The notes beneath the pieces were generated by a model. The model worked only from the letters and a program-made list of their open reading frames with translations, was not told the DNA's origin and did no database searches. A stretch of 64,000 nucleotides of DNA, from positions 33,728,001 to 33,792,000 of the forward strand of contig NC_073390.1 in NCBI RefSeq assembly GCF_028641065.1, given 5' to 3'. The DNA comes from Leucoraja erinacea (taxonomy: Eukaryota). Positions 50,290 to 63,667 of the stretch are shown here, piece by piece (position 1 is the first letter of the stretch; each line of letters starts with the position of its first letter). The translations under genes were made by a program, and so were the position numbers.

Positions 50290-51470
50290 TAGCACATGTA
50301 ATTTGGAAAAAAGGCTGATAAATCCGATGGACCCAATAACATGCGTCTTTAAAATGAAGTTTGTGCAGAGATGGTTGATGCATTTCGGTGGTCTTCCAAA
50401 ATTCCTGAGATTTGGAAAGATGACAGTGGATTGGAAAACTGCCACTGCAATGCCCATATTCAAGAATTGAGGAAGACCAATCTAGAAACTATAGCTTGTT
50501 CGTCTAACACTTGTCATTGGAAACACTTGTCATGCTAGAAGCCATCATTGAGGAATTAATTAAATATGGGTTGGGTGATAATGTTTGGAATATTTGCTGA
50601 TAATACTAAAATTAGTGGAGTTACAAATATTGAAGAAGGTTGTTGAATGATACGGAGAGACATAGATCATTTGGAAAGTCGTGTGGTGTAGTGGCAAATG
50701 GAATTTAATCCAGACAAGTGTGAGGTAATGCATTTTGGGACAGCAAATACCACGGGATACATACAATAAATCGCAAACACCATAAAATGTAGAGGGTCCA
50801 AAAGGCTGAGCACCAAATTGGACATGGCCTGCAGTGACACTGTGCAGCGGACCAGTGATGGAAGACATCAACAACATTGCCAAGCTAGGTCAACCGTTGC
50901 AATTCCAACCCAGTGCCGCCACCAGGATAACGGGCCTTTATTGCCAAGTTTAAAAAAACCCCCATCTTTAATAGCTCTGAATTTGAAGGGTAAAAGACAG
51001 CACCAGAAACATGGCGACTCTTTCATACTGCCTCAGTCTAATCTACTATCTCACATTCTTGTACTTAAGTGTGATTATGCCTATGTTTTGTAAGATTTGT
51101 AATTGAAATGCACGCAAAAAAAAGAATTTCACTATATGTCGTCACATATGGCAATAATGAGCCGTTGCATTCAGGGTTGGGCAGTTTGGACGTTGGTTTA
51201 AGATGAGCGGGAAGAAATTTAAAGGAGAGTTGAGGAGCAAGTTTTTCATCAAGACAGTTGTGGTTATATGCGACAAGTTGCCAGAGAAAGTGGTGAGGCA
51301 GATACAATTAGAATATTTGAAAGGCATTTGGGCATATACTGGATAGGAATGGAATATGGGTCATAGGGCTTAATACAGGCAAGTGATATCAGCACAGATC
51401 AGATCAAGGTCAGCAATGGACGATTAGGGCCAAAGGGCCTGTTTCTGTGCTGAATAACTTTAGTTGCAGA
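50290..51470 (+). mobile_element. Old CR1 fragments interrupted by a Rex-like piece (about 50800-51170)
   Basis: DWKTATAMPIFK-like segment, TTTGCTGATAATACTAAAATT, TTTAATCCAGACAAGTGTGAGG, and 3' end GGGCCAAAGGGCCTGTTTCTGTGCTG. The inner piece ends GAATTTCACTATATGTC...ACATATGGCAATAA. Confidence 0.65.
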
Positions 51471-51553
51471 CTTTTTAGAAAATTGCCTTGCAAATTAGCA
51501 CAGTCAACATCGAAATAAAACTGTGCCTGATGAATTCATTGGAGGACTTTAAG

Positions 51554-51684
51554 GATGTAACATGCAGGTTGGGTAAAGGGTTGGAGAATGAAGCGGAGGC
51601 CAAAATAAACTCTCTTGACTTGACTTGTCTTGATGTAACATGTGGGTTGGGTAAAGGATTAGAGAATGAAGCGCAGGCCAAAAT
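51554..51684 (+). repeat. About 53-bp direct repeat separated by a (CTTGA)n tail
   Basis: GATGTAACATG...GGCCAAAAT at 51554-51606 and 51632-51684. Confidence 0.85.
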
Positions 51685-52404
51685 TAGATAAACCATGCTT
51701 TTATAGGATGGCAAACAGACTTGAGGGGCTGAATAGCGTTCCCCTGCTCAAACATGTACCATATGCAATGGTAATTCCAGTAACAGGGTTGGAGGTAAGA
51801 TGTGCCGACATCTGATCTCCAAGTTGTTTTGGACTTGCGTTTTTGGCCAATATATGTGGAAATCCAAGACAATCTGAGCCATGAGTGGCTGAGAGCCAGC
51901 GGTTCCCTATGGAACTGCTGAGTTTCAGTCAACTCAGTTTGGATGAATGGTGATTTCTGATGACTGAACGGAGATTATTTAGCTGCAATTATAGGCAGCC
52001 CTGAGCAGCCTAAACTCATCTTTTATCATTGAGACACATGGGAAACATTCATGGCCCAGAAGACATTTAGAGATGGGCTCTATAATTTAGCTGATATATA
52101 ATTGTTGATTTGGGAACAGCACTTAGGGAAATTTGGACTTCTGACATTTGGAGATATGCATTTGTTTTACTTAAGTATGCAGAATATTAAATATAATCTA
52201 TGGATTCATTCTGACTTACTGTAAAATTGAAGAAGGACCACACACAATCGGAACAATGTTTAAAAATTCTATCCGTGTAGGGCCGAAAATGCTAATTTAT
52301 ATACAGTAATTAGTATCTGGAATGATATTGTGAATAGGATTTTGAGAATAAAACTTCCAGTGTATTTGTGGGTGATTGCTGCAGCTTTGTTACCAGACAA
52401 CAGG

Positions 52405-53240
52405 TTCAAGTCAGATTGAGTTTATTGTCATATGCACAGGTATGGTCAGATACAAGTAGAATGAAAATCTTGCAGTAGTTTCCCAGGCACAGAGATCAGA
52501 CCACACGTAAAAACATAAATCATGAATAAATTATAGATAGATTCTCCAAGACAGTGGAAAAAGACTAGTCATTAGTACTAACACAATTGGCAAACAAGAC
52601 CATCGTAATGCACAAGGTAGACAGTGGTGTTCTGCTGCTGAGTAGTATTAACGTTGTCCAGATCTGTTCAAGAAGCTGATGGTTGCTGGAAAGTAACTGT
52701 TCCTGAACCTGTTGGTGTGGGATTTTAGGCTTTAGTGTCTGCTGCCTGTTGGCTTGGTTTAGTTTGGTTAAGTTTAGAGATACAGCGTGGAATCCGGCGT
52801 TTTGGCCCACCGAGTCCGCACCGACCAACGATCACCTGTACACTAGTTCTATCTTACAGGGACAATTTACAGAGGTCAATTGGCATGTCTTTGGGATGAG
52901 GGAGGACCCAAGGAAACCCACGCAGTCACAGGGAGAACGTAAAATTCTGCACAGACAGCCCCCGTAGTCAGGATCAAACTCAGTCTCTGGTGCCGTGGTG
53001 CTGCCACTATGGTAGCAGGGAGAAGAGAGTCTGGCCTGGAGAGTGGAGCATTGTGATGATAGATGCCACCTTTTTGAGGTAGTACTTCATGTAGCTGCTT
53101 TTGATGGTGGTGAGGGCTGTGCTCGTGATGGATCAGGGTGTCTACCTCTCTCTACAGCATCTTGCCTGTATATTGAGATTGCCATACCTGGCCATGATGT
53201 AACCACTCAGGATGCTTTTTACAGTACCTCTGTAGAAGAT
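52405..53240 (-). mobile_element. Rex1/Babar fragment containing a SINE
   Basis: TTTATTGTCATATGCAC tail and GAAAGTAACTGTTCCTGAACCTGTTGG coding end, resuming after about 53010. Confidence 0.7.
52757..53008 (-). mobile_element. HE1/V-like SINE
   Basis: TTTAGTTT tail, GATACAGCGTGGAA...GGCCCACCGAGTCCG, GGGAGAACGTA, CGTAGTCAGGATCAAAC: reverse complement of the 21233 family. Confidence 0.8.
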
Positions 53241-54151
53241 TAGATTGTTGGAGTATTGGTGCGGGTATGCCTTCATCGTGATTCCTCATTTGTGTTACCA
53301 CTATTTTATTCCTGTTTGACACCATTTGACACCATCCGCTCCTCAGGCTCACTGACCTACATCTGTAGAGTATTCTTCTCTCCAAATGGTATGTTTTGGA
53401 ATATTAATACTAAATTTCTGCTGTGTTCTTTGAATCTCCCATCTTTTGGCACAAGATTGATAGTCGTTGTGTATGTGGCCATCTTTAGCCATTTACAGCT
53501 TATTTCTCTTGAGGTTCTGTTGTTTCATTGCTTGAGAAAGCTACACACTAATCATGTTTTTTCCTGGCTCATGGCAGAGCTGACAGGGTTCAGTTCGAAG
53601 CCCATAATGATCAGAGCAGATGTCTTGGCAGCACTTGGAGACAGTGTGTGTTACTGTGTGCAAGTGTGAAGAGACAGCAGCAGTAAAACCCCGAGTAAAT
53701 CCCAAGGCTGGGCAAGTCCTCATTTTCTCCATATTCTGTACATATCATTGATCAATGTCCAAAGAAAGAAAAAGCCTTTGATTTTTGAGGCCAACTATAG
53801 TTCAAGTATTTCTGCATTGATTGATTGATTGATTGATTGATACTACAAGTGACATGTCATAGAGAAATTCTTCATTTTAATGTATGGATTATCATACACA
53901 AAGTATGCAAAGAGTCGCCACATATAGGGTGTCTTGACTCACATGAAGATAATGAATCTCCTGCTTCCACAACTATTTACCTGGTGGTTTTATTTAACAG
54001 TCACTATTTGTCCTGTTTTGATTATTTTAATGGCTGAAATTATTAGCTTCACTCCTGATAGGTATGACCTCAGCCCACTATATTTTATATTTGACTTGAT
54101 TGATATACCTGTAGATCAAGAATTCACTTTGAATAGATAATTACCGAGGCC

Positions 54152-54370
54152 AGGGCAGCACAGCGGCACAGCTGGTGCTCCTGTTTCCTCCCATATCCCA
54201 AATATGTATGAATTTGTAGGTTACTTGGCCTTTGTAAATTACCTACAGTGTGTACGGAGTGGCTGAGGAATTTGGCTAACAAGGAACTAATGTGAATAAG
54301 TCATCAGTGTTTAGCGTGGACTGGATGGGACAAAGAGCCTGTTTTCATGCTGTATCTCAAAACAAAAATC
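54152..54370 (+). mobile_element. Internally deleted HE1/V-like SINE
   Basis: GGCAGCACAGCGGCACAGC head, GTTTCCTCCCA core, GCCTGTTTTCATGCTGTATCTC end. Confidence 0.7.
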
Positions 54371-54880
54371 TGAACAAACATTATCTAAGGTCACTGACAT
54401 GCAATAACGTCATAATCATTGAAGCGAATCCTGATATTGGGATGTCTTTTTTCAAAATAACAAGCTACTCATCAGAAATATTCAAAGCTCTATAAAGCAT
54501 CGAACAATGTTGATGAAATATGTCAGTCCATTAAAGCAAACCGCTTAGAATTTCAGCTGAAGCTGGTTTCTACTCACTTTTTGATGGCTGGTAAAAGAAA
54601 ATGGCCTAAATGTTACAGGGTAACACAGAGAGTTATTTATTTGTGTGGTCAGCTGCAATAATTGGTGGCGTCATTTGTAGATCATTATGGGAACTAACAC
54701 AATGCACCATATCCCAGGATTTCAGTGTCAGAATATGTTTCTAAAGGTAATATACTCTACTTATTGTTAAAGGTACTTGGCCGGATATTTAGATGCCAAT
54801 ATCTCTATCCACAAGTGAATCATCAACAGCTCTTTATCAACGTTCATATCAAAATGATGATCATTCATTTTAATGTTTAG

Positions 54881-55314
54881 TTTAGGAAAGAACTGCAGAT
54901 GCAGAAAATCGAAGGTATACAAAAAAGCTGGAGAAACTCAGCAGGTGAGGCAGCATCTATGGAGTGGAGGAATAGGCGACGTTTCGTGTTGAGACCCTTC
55001 TTCACACTGATGTCGGGGGGGAGGCGCATGAAAAAGAAAGGAAGAGGCGGAGACAGTAGGGTGTGGGAGAGCTGTGAAGGGGAGGGAAAAGAAGGAGAAA
55101 GCAAGGACTACCTGAAATTGGAGAAGTCAATGTTCATACCGCTGGGGTGTAAACTACCCGAGTGAAATAAGAAGTGTTGTTCCTCCAATTTGCGGTGGAA
55201 CTCACTCTGGCCATGGAGGAGGCCCAGGAGAGAAAGGTCGGATTCGGAATGGGAGGGGGAGTTGAAGTGCTGAGCCACAGGGAGATCAGGTTGGTTATAG
55301 CGAACTGGCGGAGG
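54881..55314 (-). mobile_element. Penelope 3' fragment (GIY-YIG end, pLTR with tail)
   Basis: Reverse complement of 33140-33547 plus the AAGAACTGCAGATGC extension. Hammerhead core mutated to GTGAAGA. Confidence 0.88.
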
Positions 55315-55794
55315 TCAATGATTCAATGTTTAAATCACTGGTGACATTGATACTGTTTTGCTTATTTTTTTCCCCCACTGGTTACCAGCTTCCATATTAT
55401 ATAATAAATAAAAATCAAAAAAACTCCAGATGCTTGGTCAAAAATAAAATACAGAGAATGCTGAAAACATCCAAGAGCTCAGCAGCTTCTGTGGAAACAG
55501 AACCAAGTTAACATTTCAGGTCAAAGCCCCTTTGTTATAACCCTGGCAGGGAGAAAGCAAGTTCACTTGTGTTTCCCTCATTCTCACTTCTGACAAAGAG
55601 TCCTCAACCTGAAACATCAAGGATTTCTCTCTGCACAGATTCTGCCTGACCTGCTGAATGTTCCAGAATTAGACGCATTATCTGAAATTCCTGTGTTGAT
55701 TTCCTTGATCAACCACAGTTTCTCTCTTCCTCTCTCTCTCCTTGCATGCACCACCCTTTATTTCTCTTGTGCTTGACTTTGAACTGTTGCTTAA

Positions 55795-56089
55795 AGGCCC
55801 TGCCCCACGATGCGAGTTTACCCAAGAGTTCCCCCAAGTTTAAAAATAATCAAACTCGTAGTAAGTACGTAGAATGTACGTAGCAGGTACGTCGGAGCTC
55901 GTGAATGTCTTGTAGCGGCTCATAATGCTAACGGCAGGTACTCGGGAAGCGTGGTAACTCGTGAAGTTTTTTTCAACAGTGTGAAAAATTTCCAAGAGTA
56001 AAAAAATACTCGTGATGAAGTAACACGAGTTTGATTTTTTTTTTACTCGGGAGAGCTCTTGGGTAAATTCGCATCGTGGGACAGGGGCT
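55795..56089. mobile_element. PIF/Harbinger-like MITE
   Basis: TIRs AGGCCCTGCCCCACGATGCGA / TCGCATCGTGGGACAGGGGCT with 3-bp TAA TSD (55792-55794, 56090-56092). Confidence 0.85.
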
Positions 56090-56611
56090 TAAGTCTTTGT
56101 GTTAAAGATAGTGGGACTAAGTGGGAGTTTTCAGACTTGACAGACCACCACAAGTGTACAGTCTCTCCATGCATGAGATAGCTTTTACTTACCTATTTTT
56201 TCCATCCCATTATCATGGGCAGGATGATCTGTATGTCCTCTTGGCTTCCTCATCTCTATTGAAGTAATGTTCAGAGTGTGCAGAGAATCATGTGGAAAAT
56301 GCCAAGTGCCAAGGAAAAGTTTATGTTTGCATTATTTGAGGTTTCTCTCAAATTGCTCAACAATGTGTATGATCAAATTCATCATTCGGTGACATCATGT
56401 TTACTTACATGTATTATAGATGATAAAGATGGGTCCTAAATTTTCTAAAATTATATCTCGGGTACAGGTTTAGTAACTTGTAAATTCTTTCAGATACAAC
56501 ATGAATTTCAAAATCTTCCTAAACCCAATTAAATTAAAAAAAACACTAATGTCTTATTAATTTATATTTATAGTGCTTAAAAATGCGTAAAGATGCCTTA
56601 AAGTGTTATAA

Positions 56612-57118
56612 ATCATTCTAAATCCCAGTGAGTACAGGCCCACTGCCGTCAAATGCTCATCATATGTGAACCCAATTATTCCTGGGATCATTCTTGTAAA
56701 CCTCCTCTGGACCCTCTCCAATGCCAGCACATCCTTCCTCAGATATGGGATCCAAAACTGTTTACAATACTCCAAATGTGGCCAGACCAATGCTTTATAA
56801 AGCCTCAGCTTTACATATCTGTTCTTACATTCTAGTTCTTTTGAAATAAATGCATTGCATTGCACTTGTCTTCCTTACTACCGATACTATGTACAAATTA
56901 ACTTTATTGGAATCCTGTGCAAGCACTTACGAATCCCTTTGCACCTCCTATTACTGAATTCTCTCCCCATTTAGAAAATAGTCCACATCTTTATTCCAAC
57001 TACCAAAGTGCATAACTCATCACTTTGATACACTGTATTCCATTTGCCACTTTTTTTGCCCACTCTCCTAACCTGACCTTCAAATCCCTCAGTCAAATCA
57101 TTGATATACAATGTGAAG
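56612..57118 (-). mobile_element. CR1 fragment
   Basis: LYKALVWPHLEYCKQFW...LERVQRRFTRMIPG on the minus strand. Confidence 0.88.
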
Positions 57119-58786
57119 TTGAACTTGTGAATTGCTTGGCTTCAGGCAGGTTATGGGAGAGGTTCTGCTAGATTTGACGTATTTTGCTTTGAGAGAACAG
57201 TTATATGGTAAATTACACAATTCTGTTCTGATCATTTAACATTTGTCTTCCTTGCCAAGGGCAAAGTACAAATAGTGGCTCAATTGCACATGTTTCCCTC
57301 ACTGTCAATAACAAACCTGACCAACCCAAGCATAAAGCGAGCTGTACTAACACTCACACAAGCATTTGACAATGTGATATCAAAATAAGATTTGACTTTC
57401 ATTATATAAAGCCATGTCCATTTCTAAAATAATAAAAAGTAAATATGATATAAAACTTCTAATTTGTGAATACTAATACTTTTAATGTTTTCCTTTATGT
57501 ATCCATTTTTAGGTGTGAACGTGCTAACTTTAAATTAATTAATACTAGAATAAAAATATCTCATACCAATAAACATTGCTATATGATGTTTTAAACCCTT
57601 GTTCAGTTTAAAACATTGAACATATTTTATATAATTTAATTAAAATCACGTTATATGTAATTATTGCAATGAAAGTCTTTGTGAAAAACATTTGGAGGTG
57701 GCTCCAATGGAGTTTTGATTTTGTTTATTATGTGAATCTCCCATCACTTGCACAACTCCGTAGTCAAAATTGGAAATGGGCACCACAAGCCAGATTGATC
57801 TCAATTGCATATTAACTCTAAATGTATTTAATATCTGCTGGTCTCTGCCTGCCCAAGTCTATGTGGGTAAGTGTAGTGGATTTTATAAATGATACCCAAT
57901 GCATGCCAGTGCCAGTGCCAGTGGAGGAGGGAATGAATAACTAGCAAGATGGTTATCTGTATGCCTAAAATGTCTATTTTATGTATGCAGTGATGTACTA
58001 ATTATCCTGACATTTAATGCTGAAGGTATTAATGTGAAAAAATATACACTGAAGGAACTATACCCTGGTACTAACCTAAAGCAAAAATCGGAGAAATGGG
58101 TGTTTCTATTTGTAGAATAAGAAAATGCTTCCTTAAATTGATTTCAACAATTGATTTAATGTCAAAAGATTATTAATGGACAGCATATTAAATGATAATA
58201 AAGTTGTTCCTTAATGTGAATATCAATCTGAATGAGCCTTTCGATGAAAGTGAATTAATGTCTTCTCACCCACTCTCGCCAAGAGCAAGCTGCATGCCTA
58301 TGTGTAAAACAAAGTGTAAGAGACCAATTTGAAATAATGATCCCCAATGATGAGCAAATTAAACAATAAAAAAAACAAATTTGAATGATTGCCTTAAATA
58401 TTGACTGAAATGAATACTTCAACCCACATCTCCTCCTTCCCTGAAGCTGATGCGCTTATATCATTTTTCTCCAGAGATGCGGCCTGACCAGCATTCTGAT
58501 GTCTATCTTTAGTATAATCCAGCATCTTCAGTTTGGTTCTAGATTCTGGAGACTATGAGTTGAGGATTCAAGACATAATTTCTCTAGCTTGATGCTTAGC
58601 CGGAGAAGTTTAGGAAATTGAATCTGCTTTTTCCAACTGTGAGGTTCAGATCGACAAAGGTTTGAATGAATGTTGCCATGCCGTGAGGATGATGCAATTA
58701 TTAGTAATAAGTGGAACGTCTGGAGGCTGGAAGTGAAATAAATATTTGATTCATTTGGCTATCTTGTCCCCTCATATAGTCAGAAA

Positions 58787-59300
58787 TCTATATTACTAAA
58801 AGTCTGTTCTTGACCACTTCATGTTGTTCTGTATATTGATTTTAGAAAAAAAGCTGCCACTTACAGCTGTGATTTCTGGCCATCGTACTCAGAGTCCTCC
58901 TCCGCTGCGCAGGACAAGAGGATTTTTCCCATTGATGAAAAATAAAAGAGTTATTAGTGTTTAAAAAGTGTTGAGATTCTCTCTCCTGAAAGCCACGCCC
59001 CTTCCGGAGGGACTATAAAACCCGGATGTGTTGAGTGCCTCAGTCAGTCTCTGCAAGATGGGGGAGAGAGAGTCACGTCTCTCAGTCTGAGCTGTGAATA
59101 ACACTGAACATATGTCTACTAAACTGTGAGTGGTTTTACTGACCTGTCAGTGCCCGTAATGTGGTTTGAAAATATATTTTTGAAATGCTAAAGCTGTGTT
59201 GCCTTTGGTTTGGAAATGCTAAAGCTGTGTTGCCTTTGGTTTGGAAATGCTAAAACTGTTTTGCCTAATTAAAGTTGCCTTGCCTAATTAAAGTTGCCTT
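58787..59300 (+). mobile_element. Helitron-like non-autonomous element, 3' end not found
   Basis: Begins A|TCTATATTACTAAAA (Helitron-type 5' TC) and has internal 31-bp and 20-bp minisatellites. No CTAG/hairpin 3' end seen. Confidence 0.5.
59181..59299 (+). repeat. Minisatellites (31-bp x about 2.5; 20-bp x 2)
   Basis: GAAATGCTAAAGCTGTGTTGCCTTTGGTTTG and TTGCCTAATTAAAGTTGCCT units. Confidence 0.9.
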
Positions 59301-59849
59301 TTATCCACCTTCAACATCAACAGCAAGAACAATATGCATACCCTCACTTGTTTGTCAACAAAATACATATGTATCCACTAAGTGTGTACTCATTTATTGG
59401 TGATTTATTTGGGGCACAGAGTAAAGGCTTGCCTGATATCCACAGAGTGGGCGGATCAAGATGTTAATTAGTGTCCAAAATGCTTTACTACAGCACTGGC
59501 ATTTTGGAAATCAAAAGACTGCAAATGCTGGGAATCTGAAATAAAACCAGAAAATACTGGAAACACTGGCGACTAAATCAGGCAACATCTGTGGAAAAAG
59601 AAAATTAATTAATATTTAATGTTGAGGATCTTTCATCAGAACTGCAAAGGTTCTAAATTACTGAAGGTGTCATTGAGGTATAGATAGTATAAAGGGATTA
59701 TCTCAAATAGGGTAAGGTCAGGGTTTCCAAAGTTATTTGATGTTTAGGAAATTGCCTAATCTGAAATTCAGATTAATGATGACAACTGGAGAGGAGGAAA
59801 AAGCTATGAAATGCAGTCCATGTATAGTTGAAAACCAAAACCTGGAAGT

Positions 59850-60848
59850 AAAGCTGGAAAAATGTGGATGAGATGTACAAAGCATGATTAGTAAGTTTGC
59901 AGTTGACACTAGAGTGATTGGTATTTATAGAAAGCAAAGATGGTGGTCAAGAATTGAAGCAGGATCTTGATCAGATGGGCTGAGACTTTTGGCACATTGT
60001 TCTTCTTCAATCAGGGAATTGAGTATAGAATGTTTAAGAAGGAACTGCAGATGCTGGAGAATCGAAGGTTACACAAAAAAGCTGGAGACACTCAGCGGGT
60101 GCAGCAGCATCTATGGAGCGAAGGAAATAGGCAACGTTTCGGGCCGAAGCTTTTCGGTCTGTAGAAGGGTTTCGGCCCGAAACGTTGCCTATTTCCTTCG
60201 CTCCATAGATGCTGCTGCACCCGCTGAGTTTCTTCAGCTTTTCAGTGTAACAATTGAGTATAGAAGTTGGGAGGTCATGTTGCAATTGTACAAGACATTG
60301 ATGAAGCCACATTTAGAATATAGTATTCAGTTTGGTTACCCTGTTATAGAAAATATGTTGTTAAGCTGGAAAGGGTGCAGAAAAGAATTACGAGGATGTT
60401 GTCAGGACTCGTGGGCCTGAGCTATAGGGAGAGGTTAAACTGGTTAGGTCTATTCTTTGAAGCGCAGGAGGATGAGGGGTGATCTTGTATACAAGATCAT
60501 GAGAGGAATAGATAAGGTAAATACAAAGTTTTTTGTCCAGAGTAGGGAAATCGAGAAACAGAGAACATTGGTTTAAGGTGAAGAGTGAAAGATTTAATAG
60601 GAACCTGAGGGGCAACTTTTTTACACTGTGTGATAGGTGTATGGAACGAGTCAACGGAGAAGGTAGTTGAGGCAGGTACTATTCCAACATTTAAGAAACA
60701 TTTAGGTACATGGATATGCTAGATTTAGAGGGATATGGGCCAAATGCAGGCAGGTGGTACTAATGTGGATGAGGCATGTTGGCCGGCGTGGACAAGTTGG
60801 ACTGAAGGGCCTGTTTTCATGCTGTATGACTCTATGACCCTATGACTA
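59850..60848 (+). mobile_element. CR1 3' fragment interrupted by a Penelope mini-element
   Basis: AGTAAGTTTGCAGTTGACAC, IEYRSWEVMLQLYKTLMKPHLEY and a (ATGACTCT)n tail. Confidence 0.9.
60031..60251. mobile_element. Young palindromic Penelope-end mini-element
   Basis: Near-perfect inverted arms matching 33478-33547. Perfect 14-bp TSD AATTGAGTATAGAA (60017-60030, 60252-60265). Confidence 0.92.
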
Positions 60849-62989
60849 AATTTTAGATGAATAACTTACTGCATTACTGACCTGGTGTGATTTAAGCAGA
60901 GAAAATGTGTCATCTGACATTGATTACTTTTATATTGAGCTGAAACATGGCTTTTTGGAAGATATCCTATGTTGGATCTCTGTGGAACAGTGCAATGGGC
61001 AACTTGGGCATGGGTTTGTGCCTTTGGCTTATCAACCTGGCAGCTGACCAGGCCATCAAACTGGTCAATGGAAGAAGAAAATAATGTCAGCTTTCCATTA
61101 TAGTTGACTGCCCTATCCCTGGATTCACCATCACTGTTGTCTCCTTTTATGGTTGTATTTAATTATTCTATTGAGCACTGGACTGTGAGTTCCACACTGC
61201 CTGCACTCCAATGAGCTGTAAAGACTAGACTGGATGGCAGATAGTGCTTTCTGCATCCTGTTAGCACATATATTTGAGGTTTCCTTGATAAGTAATATTG
61301 CATACTGTGTAGAAGGCACACTCAGTCCAAAACCAATGTATCCAATTTGCCAAAATTATATACACATGAGATTTAATTTAAAGATACTCATTGTAGAAGT
61401 GATTCTACTGAGTGCAATTTATTACATGATTGATTGCTCGTTGTGAATGGAAAAAGTACATTGTGTGCCTGGATTTGAATTTTCAATTTTAATATGTGGT
61501 AAAGAATTATGTACAAATGTGATGATGTAAACAGCAGATATTTTCCAGAATCATATTTTCACCTTAAATTGTGTTTACAGATAGACATGAGGGTTGCAGA
61601 TTTTACAGTTAAGGTTATTTTTTATTACATTGTTTTTATTTATTTTTTTCTGTTGTAAGTCAATTCACAAAATATAAACTATCCCTCATCACACTTCTCT
61701 GGTTAAACAAAAGGTGGAACAACAGCCTCAACGATCTCTTGGGAAGAGGACCTACTGGTTCCCAGACCCCAGGAGATCACGACAAACAAAGCCTGAACAA
61801 ACCTTCCCTACTTTCTGAATATCTCCAGTTAGTGTATCTTTCTCACTAAGCCTCTTTTCATCAATAGCTGATCCCCATTTTTCTCTCCTGCTTCATTACT
61901 GCTTTTCAAAAATTATTTTTGATTTCCTTTTGCTGAGAAGGGACATGATAGAAGCACAGATTTTGGAACATGCTAGCAATTCATTGTACAATCATATGAT
62001 TTTTTTAGGTTATTTAAAAAAGCCAACTATTAATCATGCACATATTATGAACAAGAGTCATGAGTTAGTCCATTATTAATTATGCAATAGTTTAGAATAT
62101 TTGTAACAGCCAGACACAATCTAGATAATGCCATGAATTTAAACTACAATAATTTAGTTTGGATCTTGAATATTCCTGAATTTGCAGACTTTAATCATGT
62201 CAGTCCATAGAAAATGCATAGTGTGTACAAAACACTAAGGAGAATTGTTGAATGACATGAAAATGGTTCAGCATTTCCTCTGCAAAATATTTAAGGACCC
62301 ATTCATAATTCATATGACTTCTACGAATTATTCAATTAATGGGAGAGGAGAGAAGAAGAATTTGCGGTACTCTTTTCAAAATGATTAAAAGTAAGATGTG
62401 TCGGGGAATTTAGCACCATTTTAAGAATCTAATTAAATCAAAAAATGATTAAGGCTGTGAAATGTAGCAAGGGTTTAAGGTTTAACAGTTTGAGTGATCG
62501 GCAAACTCCCTAAAGACACAAAAGGTGATGCTGAAGGGCAGAGCCAAAAATATTAACAGAGACAGACTCGACCATAGAGAACTGCTGGACAGTATTCATG
62601 AGCAGAGGTCAAGAGGAAGAACAACGAATGAAAATGAAACAGAATAAACAGAAGCGCTATTAACAATGGCATAACATCAATAAGAAATAACATGATCTAA
62701 TTGCAAAATAAAATTAAGAATGAAAGGAAACAAGCAATAATTAATTGGATTAATTTAGGTGAAAAGAGATAAAATAAAGCAGTAAATTGTAAACGCTTCT
62801 GATAATGTTAACAATTTAAAATATTCCCTAATTTTATACAATTATGGTGCAGTTTTGCAGCAATGGTATTGCTCTTTCATTCCTGCTCCAAATGAAGAAG
62901 AAAAACTAGGAAGCAGCTGGAGCCTTGGAATGATTATTGAGGTTTTATTTCACAGAGGGGACTTTGGTATTGGGACTAATAAACCAATT

Positions 62990-63183
62990 ATAGACATAAA
63001 ATGCTGGGGTAATTCAGCAGGTCACGCTGCATCTCTGCAGAAGAGGAAGAGTTTCTGTCTGAAAAAGGGTTCTGACCCAAAACATCACCTATTCCTTTTC
63101 TCCAGAGATGCTGCCTAACCCGACGAGTTACTCCAGCATTTTTTTTTTTGTCTATCTTTGGCATAATCCAGTTCCTTCCTAAC
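62990..63183. mobile_element. Palindromic Penelope-end mini-element
   Basis: TAGACATAAAATGCTGG... / ...CCAGCATTTTTTTTTTTGTCTA arms, degenerate hammerhead core, 9-bp TSD AAACCAATT (62981-62989, 63184-63192). Confidence 0.75.
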
Positions 63184-63667
63184 AAACCAATTGACAGAGA
63201 CAAAGAACATCAAATTCATGTAAGAAACAAAAAAATAAGTTTTTGTCCAGAGTAGGCAAAACCTTTTATCACCAAGCATATGAATTATTAGATATAAATT
63301 GTTCTGAAATTGTGACTGCACTTTTAGTAAGAAAGTAAAGAAATTTTTAGATTAATAAGTTTCCCTGTTATTTTTCTTCTTCGCCACTCGCCTTTGCCGC
63401 ATAACTCACTTTGTCGGAGACAGGACATTCTTCATGCAAGCAATATTACAAGGTATGGTCAGCAGCATGTAAAATGGGATTTTGAGTTTGTCTACTGTCC
63501 ACAAGTATATTTCAAAGAACCAGCCTCGAACATTCAATGAATCTGTGAATAATGTTTTCACTTTCTAATATTTCATAGTATCCTTTGGCTTTTGAGTATT
63601 TTTTCTTCTTTATTTCACACCATTGGAGAGTTAAATGTGAGTTCCTATACCCAAATAGTTTACATAA

